This document shows, piece after piece, positions 40,704 through 49,108 of a stretch of DNA of 64,000 bases. Positions within the stretch are counted from its first letter, which is position 1; the number at the start of each line of letters is the position of its first letter. Origin of the DNA: Rebecca billardiae RCC1528 (lineage: Eukaryota; Protista; Haptophyta). The translations under genes were made by a program, and so were the position numbers. Under the pieces are notes generated by a model, which made no database searches, was not told the origin of the DNA, and worked only from the letters and a program-made list of their open reading frames with translations. The stretch spans positions 744,001 to 808,000 of the forward strand of contig OZ251251.1 in the NCBI GenBank assembly GCA_965240325.2. The letters run 5' to 3'.

Positions 40704-41044
40704 GCTGCTCCGCGGCCGTGCGCGCGGGGTGTGCTCGCGGTCCGGCGCGCGCGAGGAGCGACGGGGCCTGCCTCGGTGCAAGCAAGCGCAGCCTTGTGGG
40801 CGGCCCGCTGACTGACGGAGGGGGGAACCACCAATGATTGCCTCTTGCCAGCGTCGTCCACCAGGGCGCAGCAGTAACGAACTAACGACAGGCCGATGCT
40901 CGGAGGCTCGATACGTGCGAATAATACGTGCGAGCCGCACGTACCCCATCAGTTACTCCAGCCGCCCCCCTGCACGCACGCGCGCGAGTCGCTCCGGCAG
41001 GGCGTGCGGCGTGAGTGGCGTCCGCCCGGGGCGTAGCGGACGGC

Positions 41045-42805
41045 ATGGACGTCGACGAAGGACAACTCGCACCGGCGCATGAGGCACCAGCCGACCCCTC
41101 CGCCAATGAGCGGCACAATGATGTGCAGGAGGAGAACACGGCCGACATGACCGACATCAACAATCTGGAAAGCAGGGGCGGAGCTAGCGGCTCTGCCTCG
41201 CGCTCGGGGGCGACTGGGGCTAGCGGTCCCGGTCGCTCTACCGCAACCGGCCCAGAGGGCCGTATCCCGACACACGAGGTGCCCAACATGCTCAACGAGC
41301 GCATCGACACGACCGCGCTCGTGATGGCGTACGAACAGGCCCCCCACATCGTCCAGTGCTATGATAAGGTGCTCAAGGCAGCGGCTGAGGGCCGGCAGGA
41401 GCAGGTGCTTGCGACCCTCGAGACGGCGGTCGCCGGCCGGGTGGCAGACCTGAATGCCAAGCTGCAGGCTGAGGCCGGGCAGGGCAACGCCAAACGCGCG
41501 CGCGCCGGCGTCTCCTCGTTGGAGGAGGGCGCGCTAACCGCGCGCGACGAGATGTTGGAAGATGATGCGCTCGCAGCCGCGTTCGACCTGGGGCAGCTCA
41601 CGTCGCTCGTGGCGACCTCGCAGCCGGTGGTGCTCCGCCTGTGCGTCGTCATACCAGGCAAGCACTCTGAGCCCCATGCTGTCGAGTTCGGCAAGCAGTT
41701 CAACTCGTTCATGCACGAGCAGTGCGCGGCGCTGCAAGCTGCATGCACGATGGAGCAGCACTCCGTCCTCCTCCCGGGTTGGAAGTACTATACGGAGGAA
41801 ATGATCACCGTGCAGGGCCTCGCCGCGCACGACCTCGTATACCTGATCCTTAGCCGCATCAAGTGCGACCAGCAGATCGACTTTCTGAAGCCGCCGCCGG
41901 TCGTCTCGAAAGTCCTCCGGCACTCGTCGATCATCCCGTTTGCGCTGAGCAAGGCGGAATACCCGAAGTCGGTGCAGCTCGAATCGGGCACAGTGCGCTT
42001 CGACGTCAGCTGGCCGGAGGGCATGCTAGTGGCCGTGATGCGCCAGGGGAAACCCGAGCTCGAGATCTTCAGCCCGTCAACGGTGAGGGCGCACGGAACG
42101 CTGTTCAAGCTGACGATGTCCACCGCAGCAAACCGAGGCATGGCAGCCGCAGGCGTCCCGCAGGAGGTGTTCCGCTTCACGGCGGCAGACCAGACGTTCT
42201 ACCAGTCACGTAAGACCGGCCAGCTCAGCTTCCCCCTCGGCCCAGGGGCGTTCAAGCCGATCGTCACCGGGTACATGCACATGCATCGGCTCTTCCGCTT
42301 GGAGAACTGGCCCGGTATGCAGCAAGACTCCAAGGCCTTCACCAAGGGCGCCGGGAGCGTCGGTGTGATCGGCGCCCAGGGCGTCAACATCTTCTTCACA
42401 CAGATGGGCGGGCCCACAACCCCGTGCCTCCTCTCGACCACCTTCTCTTTCGAGGGTGGTAACCAGGACATGATCACCCTGGCCAACCTCGACAGCAAGA
42501 TCAAGGGCTGGTGTGTGGCGGACCTCTGCTCCTCTGCCCTCAGATGCGGCGAGCAGTGCCCGAGGCTGGACTGCTCGCTCAAGCATGCCAGCCCAAAAGG
42601 GGGGCAGACCCCATTCAAAAAGTCGGAGTGCGGTGCACTCATCTCGCTGGCGCAGCAGGCGGCTGTGCAGGGATCGCTCGCGCTCCAGGCATCGGCCCCG
42701 CCGGCGAAACACCTCCAGCTCGCGAAGGCGGTCGCTGCCTTCGTCGAAAGGCGGGGCAGCACTGCTGCTGAGGCAGGCATGTCCAATCTGCAGGTCTCTC
42801 AGTAA
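41045..42805 (+). CDS. LINE ORF1 protein (putative nucleic-acid chaperone with C-terminal CCCH-like finger)
   Basis: ~586-aa ORF immediately upstream of the RT ORF. Disordered N-terminus, helical segment with an NLS-like KRAR, and C-terminal CVADLCSSALRCGEQCPRLDCSLKH. Confidence 0.8.
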   Translation: MDVDEGQLAPAHEAPADPSANERHNDVQEENTADMTDINNLESRGGASGSASRSGATGASGPGRSTATGPEGRIPTHEVPNMLNERIDTTALVMAYEQAPHIVQCYDKVLKAAAEGRQEQVLATLETAVAGRVADLNAKLQAEAGQGNAKRARAGVSSLEEGALTARDEMLEDDALAAAFDLGQLTSLVATSQPVVLRLCVVIPGKHSEPHAVEFGKQFNSFMHEQCAALQAACTMEQHSVLLPGWKYYTEEMITVQGLAAHDLVYLILSRIKCDQQIDFLKPPPVVSKVLRHSSIIPFALSKAEYPKSVQLESGTVRFDVSWPEGMLVAVMRQGKPELEIFSPSTVRAHGTLFKLTMSTAANRGMAAAGVPQEVFRFTAADQTFYQSRKTGQLSFPLGPGAFKPIVTGYMHMHRLFRLENWPGMQQDSKAFTKGAGSVGVIGAQGVNIFFTQMGGPTTPCLLSTTFSFEGGNQDMITLANLDSKIKGWCVADLCSSALRCGEQCPRLDCSLKHASPKGGQTPFKKSECGALISLAQQAAVQGSLALQASAPPAKHLQLAKAVAAFVERRGSTAAEAGMSNLQVSQ

Positions 42806-42826
42806 GACCTTAGCCGACCACATTAA

Positions 42827-45800
42827 ATGGCAGCGGCACTTGCTCTGATGGCAGGACAGGGTGATGATGGCCAGGCAGCGGCGGCTGGTGCAGCAGGAGT
42901 AGCATCACCGCTGCACTACCAGTACAGCCACGCTGACATCTCGTATGCATACTGCAATGTTGGGGGAGCAGGTGGGGCTGACCCCTCTGTACGGCGGGGT
43001 GACATCGCCACTTGGATTCGAGCAGTGGGGACACCCGATATTGTCTTTTTGGTGGAGACCCAAATGCCTGCGCACCAGGTAGTACGGTGGGCCAAGTCGT
43101 TCCCGGAGTATACGGTACACGCAGAACACGCCCGCGACAGGCGCAAGGGCGAAAAAGGTGCCAGGGCAGGGTGTGCCATCCTGGTACGCAAGGCGCACGT
43201 AGGTGCGCCCAAATCGCTCCATCTCAACAATGTGTGCAGAGGCAGGGAGATACTATACCCAGAGCTGGCAGGGCACATAATTTCTGGGGAAATCACACTA
43301 TGCAGGGGCAATGGGCAGGCTATCCCTATGTGGGTGTGCTGCTTCTACAACCCGCATGATGAGGAGCGGCAGCACCTGCTGCTTCCACACATAGTCAACC
43401 ACCTTCGGACAGGCACATGCATAGGCCTTCCCACAGCTGGCAACATGAGGACTCATGCTGTGCACGTAGCCAGGCATGCTGCCAGGCTGCAATTGGTGGC
43501 ATGCGATGGAAATGGGCACATGCACGACAGCAACGCAGGGGAGGGGGCTACTCCCAAGGTAGTTTTCCGCACATATATGACGGACGCTGACCACCTCTTC
43601 AACCAAATACCCAGCACCACACGATGGGACACGCTCGAAAGGCCCACATTCATCACTGCACACAGGGAGGACGGCAACGGGGCGGATCGCTCTGTGATTG
43701 ACTACATATTCTCCAACATGGACACAGTTGGGCACACCGGACACATGGACATATCGGAAAAGGCCACACTGCGAATGCCAGGAGCACACATCCCAATATA
43801 TGGCCGGATTCACTCGGTGGCACTCCGCGGCGCTGCTGCAGTACTGGCCTCACCTGTGCAACCTCCCAGGCACATACGTGTGGACCTGGGAAAGACGTCA
43901 CCTGACTGGAATAAAGCCAAACAACTACTTGCGATGTGGATGGAGGGCCTGCCACCACACATTGCGGACTTTGCTGAGGCTCCTGTGCCGGCACATATGC
44001 TGGTGCAACCTTCGCTGGTGACGACTGCAGCCACTGCGCTGACAGCACTGAGACACCTGAATACACTGGCCACCAGGGACATGGCAACTGCACTGGAGCA
44101 ACCCAGTGTGTATGACGGACAGCCAGACACTCCCCTGAAGATCCGACCAGCCACAGCGGGCCAAGCAGCGGGTCAACACAAATCCAAGGCAGATGCTGCC
44201 TCTGCTGCGCTGCATGCGGGCGATATTCTGGCTAACAGAACAGCTGCTGGGCTGCCAGCTGGCCCAGCAGTGCTCAGAGCAGTGCGTAGGTACGAGCGCA
44301 CCTGGGGCACTGGAGCTGCACAGTCCCAGCACTGGATACAAGTGGCAATGGGGCCGCACGGACAGGTGCCAGTAGGGCCATTTCTGTCCCACCAGCGTTG
44401 GAGACAAATCGTGCAGCAGCAATGCAGGACAAGCCGCGCACAAGTGAAAGCTGTGTGGCAGCAGCAGGCCGATGAACAAAAGAGGGCGTGGTTCGCCAAA
44501 GTCAAGGTTGAGACCAAAAAGAACTCGCACAAACTGCGTGTCATGGTGTATGCCAAGGACCCCATCACACTGCCGACCATCGTCAGACGGAGCGATGGGG
44601 CACTGGCCACCAGCGTTGACGATGTGAAATCGGAGTACAGGGGGCACTACCAGGGCCTCCTGGAGCGACAATACACTCGGCCAGAGGGCAGGCCTCCTTG
44701 GCACGCTGGCAGTCACCTGTGGCACGACATCAGGGCCGCATGGCGTACTGAGCAGGGGGACGCATATGTCACTGCCCTCGGAGCGCCACCCACTCCCGCA
44801 CAAATACGACACATCATCACATCTGAGGTGGGAGGCAACTCGGCGCCTGGTCCAGATGGCATACAGTACAATGTCCTCAAGCTCTTGGAAGGACACCATG
44901 CCGAGCGCGACGAGCCGGTACAGCCAAGCGGCACGCGCACACACAGGCAGCACGCTGCACGGCAGACTGGTACCCAGCAGGGGGCAGCCAGGGGACAGGG
45001 GGCAGGGCACCCTGGCCCGATCGCCACTATTATATCTAATCTCTGTGCAGTCATGTACGCGACAGGGACTCTGCTGGACGGACTCCAGCAAGGTGAGGTG
45101 GTCTCATTACACAAGCAAGGGGATATGCACGTGCTCGGGAATTACAGGGGCATAACACTCAACAGTGTGGTGTACAAAATCATGGCAAGACACCAAAACA
45201 ACGTCATGCAAGCTGCGTCCGACAGGCTCAGGCTGATCGAGCCGGAACAGGCTGCCAGCAGAGAGGGGGGGCAAGTGGTACAGCAAGTCGCTGTCTTTGC
45301 CAACGTGGTGGCCGATGCACACCGTTCCAGGCGCACGCTGTTTTGTGCACTGATGGACATTCAAAAAGCCTTCGACACTGTGCCATACCAAGGCATTGAG
45401 GATGGCTTCCGCAGCCATGGGTACCCAGCCATGTTCTATACCCTCATGCGCTCCTTGGGAGAGGGGCATGATGTGGTGGTGAGGACACCATACGGGCCCA
45501 CCGATAGTGTACGCTTACGGTGTGGCACGAAGCAAGGTGACCCTGCCAGCTCCACTAAGTTCTGCCTGTTCATCAACATGTTCCTCAGGTACCTGAAGAG
45601 CAGGCATGGCGGGTACCATGTACAGTCCAAATGCAGCTCAGACGACGCGGACGCTGCTGCAGGGCAGGTGACAGTGGTGGCCACTGCTATCATGGACGAT
45701 ATCAATTTGTACGCGCACAGCAGAGCAGACATCACAGCCATGATGCAGGACCTCATCGACTTTTTGTGGTACTATGATATGGAGCCCAACTACCCCAAAT

Positions 45801-48800
45801 CCAAGGTGGCAGTGTATGTGCCCCCTGGGCACGCACAGGTGGACCCAATACAGGTCATCAACAGGGCAACTGGACAAGCTGCCCTCATAGACACGTTGCA
45901 GGATGGCGAATACTTCACGTATGCAGGGGTGGTGACCAACATTCACCTGGCAACGGACAGGATGTTCGCCAGTCTCAAGGCCAGAGTGGCCAAAGCCGCC
46001 GCGCGGGTGCAGGCAGCTGACTGCTGTACCGAGACCAAAAAGCTGCTCACTGTGTGGGATGTCACGTCGATATTATTCTACTTCTGCGAGGTGGTTGGCA
46101 TGTCCAGGGGCAGACTCAACCAGCTGCAGAGCCTCATGGTGGAGCCAGTGGTCAGGAGTGCTGCCCTGCCAGGGCGCATCGCATACGAGGCAGCGTGCTT
46201 TCCTCCCCAGTTCCTGGGCCTCGGCCTCATCAATCTACATGCGCACCTGGAGAGTGTCCAGGCACACGCGTACTACCACTTCCTGGCAGATGACCCACAT
46301 GGGCTATGTGCGCGCACGTCCATGGCAGCCATGGGTGCCCTGCAATCAGTCGAGCACCCGGCGCGGGCGCGCGTACGCGGCGCTTCTACATTTGCCTCCA
46401 CCATCGTCACCGGGAGAAATTCTGTACGACGCATGGGGTGGGCACTGCTCCCATCCGAAGTGAACCTCGGCAGCAAGCTGATGCAGCAGCTGGCCCCCGG
46501 TCTCGGGATGCTGGCCACAAACCGGACCCACAGGGCATATACAAGACTCGCAGCAATGCCAGGGGCAGCTGCCCTCCCCTGCTTGGCACCACGCGGCCTC
46601 CCTGACGCGAACGGAGAGATGCTCAGCCGGATCGAGCACTCACTGGTGAACGGTACCCAGCACGTGTTGCTAGGTGTGCTCATGCAGCAGCCACCAAGAC
46701 AGATGGTCTCCACTGCGTTCTATGCTGAGCTGTCCTCACTGCCACATAGGTCCCGCCCGGCGGTGATACTGGCAGTGAGGGATATGCTGAGGGCAGTCCT
46801 GACCGACCAGAGCTACTACAGGTACCTGGGGCACGTGCCTGTCGCCAAGCGCACTATCTGTGATCCACCCAATCCCCGCCATCTGCCGGCACTTCCTGTA
46901 CCTGGCATGCTAATGGTGGCCACTGACGGCTCATTCGATGCAGAGAACGGACAGGCTGCATGTGCCTTTTCCTTCTTCAGTGGCAACAATTACACTGCCC
47001 CTGTGCATGTGTATTGCTCCAAGTTCGAGGGGCACCAGGCACCAGGCCCAGCCGAATTCATGGCCATCACCGATGCATTGGTGCAGATAGACCCCACCGC
47101 CAACCTGCTGGTGTGCACTGACCTGCAGGAAATGGTAAAGGCCGCCGAAATGTGGCAAAACGACCCCTGGGACCGACGGCTGCGGCAGGGGCACCACGCG
47201 TACGCACCATACATCGCCAGGGTCATGAGCCTGGTGGGCTGGCGCCGCTTGATGCATGGCAGCACCACTTCATTTGAGCATGTCAAGGCGCACTCTGCTG
47301 ACGATGCTGCAGCGCTACACCTCAGCCTCACTCACACTCAGGGGGACCATCACTGCACTGTCAGCCAACACAGTGTGGCGGCTTTGCGCCAAGCAGGGAT
47401 GAACCCCAAAACCCTGCTCAACGCATGCAGCGATGCTGGGGCCAAGCTATGCTGCTCTGACCCCACAACCCCCTGTGTGACTCACAAGAGAGGTGGCCAC
47501 CCAAATGCGGGTTCTCATGCGCTGATACAGCTGGCCAACGGAGAGCCAGTGGCAGGCAGAATCAAGCCCCTTGTGTATGACAGTGTGCTGTCACAAAGGG
47601 CAACGCACCTGCAAGCCACCAAGTCCAGCTGTGACTTGGTGGGTGAATGGACTGGCGTGTGGCCAGAGGCCTCCACTGGCATCCTACGGACCTGGCAGGC
47701 CAGCACTGTGCCTGCCTACTACATACTCCACCACGGATATGAGTTCCTGCAGCCGGCTGCCCTGCGAGACCCGACGTTGTTATCTGTGCGATTCCAGTCC
47801 GGGGCTGCATTTAGCGATGCCTGCCCCCTCTGTGATCATACTCCACTGCTACATCCAGCGCCAGATACTGAACACCACCTCTTCTCCGAGTGCCCTGAGG
47901 TCGATGCCTACCGCGAGGCTGCTGCCAGAAGCATATCGCATATAATTGAGCCCTTCATGCAGGGACAGGCTGCAGCATGGAACTTGGCGCGACATGTGTG
48001 CTCTGGGGCTGCCCTCTTGGGCAGGGTGCCCAGCACACTGAAGACCACTGTGGGGGGCAACGTGCATCTCGGCAGGACCATGCACGTGGCCTTACTGAAG
48101 GCAGGGCTAGGCATCATGCAGGCCCGCAAGGACGTGGACTCCCAGCTGTCAAAGGCAGGGCGTCTCTTCCGACATGCCAGGGAGCTTCGGCCGCCGCCTG
48201 GGCACGACCAGGGGGGGCAGCCCCCGCCCCCACAGGCACAGGCAGGCCCAGGAGGGGTGATTGCCATGAATAATCAGTTACAGGGACCACCTGTCATCCA
48301 GCAGCAACCCCCTGCCCAGGCTGGCCAGGGCTGGCAGGCAGGCGCGGGGCAGGCCAACCTGCACCAGCCAATAGCGCGCGGTCACCACGTGCGCCCTCAG
48401 CTACTCTTGCGGGCATGGCCCCTACAGCGTGCTCGCCCCCTCCCTATGGTGATTGCGTGGCCTCTGCAGCCTGCCACACCTCTTGTGGCATGGCCGCTCC
48501 AATATGTTACCCCACTGGCTCGCAGCGATGTGCGTCCGTCGGACAATGTGTTGACACATGGGGGCCCTGAGATTGAGGCAGACCCTGCTGCGGGCAGTCG
48601 CACTGGTCACGGAGCTCACAACGGCATTACACAGTCAGACACTGGACAGCAGGCCACACAGCCACCTGCTGGCTCTGCCAAGACACTGGCAGCCCCCAGG
48701 CGCAGGCTGCCTCCTCCTAGTCAAGCTCAGCAAGACAGCCCCCCGCCCAAACGACACTGCCCACCCCACCAGGCAAATGTGCCTATCCTAACACCAACTG

Positions 48801-49108
48801 GCAGGCAGGCTCAGCCTGCGCAACGAAGTATGCAACCCCCTGCAAAGAGCAGCAGAAAGAGGCGCGCAAACGACACCTCCCCAGGCGTATTAGCCATCGC
48901 CACCACTCTGCTTGCGTCCTACAGCGGCCCACGCCCTGACTTGATGCCCGATATCGCACACATGTCTGACATGACACCATCTGCCTCCATAGCAGCACGA
49001 GTGAAATACAGGCGCCTCACTGCCAGGACCAGTGGCCCAGACCCCGGCCCAGCTACTGGGCTCGCTGACAGCCCCCTCCGTCCCCTCCCCCGCGCAGGGA
49101 TCGGCTAG
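42827..49108 (+). CDS. LINE ORF2 polyprotein: APE endonuclease, reverse transcriptase, RNase H, CCHC finger, long C-terminal tail
   Basis: APE: CNVGG, FLVET, YNPH, ACDGN, IDYIF, GAH. RT: APGPDGI, NYRGITL, DIQKAFDTV, GTKQGDP, IMDD, NYPKS, TYAGV. RNase H: ATDGS, AEFMAI, CTD, HVKAHS, NACSD. Finger: CPLC...EHHLFSEC. Confidence 0.95.
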   Translation: MAAALALMAGQGDDGQAAAAGAAGVASPLHYQYSHADISYAYCNVGGAGGADPSVRRGDIATWIRAVGTPDIVFLVETQMPAHQVVRWAKSFPEYTVHAEHARDRRKGEKGARAGCAILVRKAHVGAPKSLHLNNVCRGREILYPELAGHIISGEITLCRGNGQAIPMWVCCFYNPHDEERQHLLLPHIVNHLRTGTCIGLPTAGNMRTHAVHVARHAARLQLVACDGNGHMHDSNAGEGATPKVVFRTYMTDADHLFNQIPSTTRWDTLERPTFITAHREDGNGADRSVIDYIFSNMDTVGHTGHMDISEKATLRMPGAHIPIYGRIHSVALRGAAAVLASPVQPPRHIRVDLGKTSPDWNKAKQLLAMWMEGLPPHIADFAEAPVPAHMLVQPSLVTTAATALTALRHLNTLATRDMATALEQPSVYDGQPDTPLKIRPATAGQAAGQHKSKADAASAALHAGDILANRTAAGLPAGPAVLRAVRRYERTWGTGAAQSQHWIQVAMGPHGQVPVGPFLSHQRWRQIVQQQCRTSRAQVKAVWQQQADEQKRAWFAKVKVETKKNSHKLRVMVYAKDPITLPTIVRRSDGALATSVDDVKSEYRGHYQGLLERQYTRPEGRPPWHAGSHLWHDIRAAWRTEQGDAYVTALGAPPTPAQIRHIITSEVGGNSAPGPDGIQYNVLKLLEGHHAERDEPVQPSGTRTHRQHAARQTGTQQGAARGQGAGHPGPIATIISNLCAVMYATGTLLDGLQQGEVVSLHKQGDMHVLGNYRGITLNSVVYKIMARHQNNVMQAASDRLRLIEPEQAASREGGQVVQQVAVFANVVADAHRSRRTLFCALMDIQKAFDTVPYQGIEDGFRSHGYPAMFYTLMRSLGEGHDVVVRTPYGPTDSVRLRCGTKQGDPASSTKFCLFINMFLRYLKSRHGGYHVQSKCSSDDADAAAGQVTVVATAIMDDINLYAHSRADITAMMQDLIDFLWYYDMEPNYPKSKVAVYVPPGHAQVDPIQVINRATGQAALIDTLQDGEYFTYAGVVTNIHLATDRMFASLKARVAKAAARVQAADCCTETKKLLTVWDVTSILFYFCEVVGMSRGRLNQLQSLMVEPVVRSAALPGRIAYEAACFPPQFLGLGLINLHAHLESVQAHAYYHFLADDPHGLCARTSMAAMGALQSVEHPARARVRGASTFASTIVTGRNSVRRMGWALLPSEVNLGSKLMQQLAPGLGMLATNRTHRAYTRLAAMPGAAALPCLAPRGLPDANGEMLSRIEHSLVNGTQHVLLGVLMQQPPRQMVSTAFYAELSSLPHRSRPAVILAVRDMLRAVLTDQSYYRYLGHVPVAKRTICDPPNPRHLPALPVPGMLMVATDGSFDAENGQAACAFSFFSGNNYTAPVHVYCSKFEGHQAPGPAEFMAITDALVQIDPTANLLVCTDLQEMVKAAEMWQNDPWDRRLRQGHHAYAPYIARVMSLVGWRRLMHGSTTSFEHVKAHSADDAAALHLSLTHTQGDHHCTVSQHSVAALRQAGMNPKTLLNACSDAGAKLCCSDPTTPCVTHKRGGHPNAGSHALIQLANGEPVAGRIKPLVYDSVLSQRATHLQATKSSCDLVGEWTGVWPEASTGILRTWQASTVPAYYILHHGYEFLQPAALRDPTLLSVRFQSGAAFSDACPLCDHTPLLHPAPDTEHHLFSECPEVDAYREAAARSISHIIEPFMQGQAAAWNLARHVCSGAALLGRVPSTLKTTVGGNVHLGRTMHVALLKAGLGIMQARKDVDSQLSKAGRLFRHARELRPPPGHDQGGQPPPPQAQAGPGGVIAMNNQLQGPPVIQQQPPAQAGQGWQAGAGQANLHQPIARGHHVRPQLLLRAWPLQRARPLPMVIAWPLQPATPLVAWPLQYVTPLARSDVRPSDNVLTHGGPEIEADPAAGSRTGHGAHNGITQSDTGQQATQPPAGSAKTLAAPRRRLPPPSQAQQDSPPPKRHCPPHQANVPILTPTGRQAQPAQRSMQPPAKSSRKRRANDTSPGVLAIATTLLASYSGPRPDLMPDIAHMSDMTPSASIAARVKYRRLTARTSGPDPGPATGLADSPLRPLPRAGIG

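Noticed and set aside
47900-49108. Possible restriction-like endonuclease (Dualen/R2-type) at the ORF2 C-terminus
   Set aside because: No RHD or PD-(D/E)xK motif after the CCHC finger; the tail is low-complexity.
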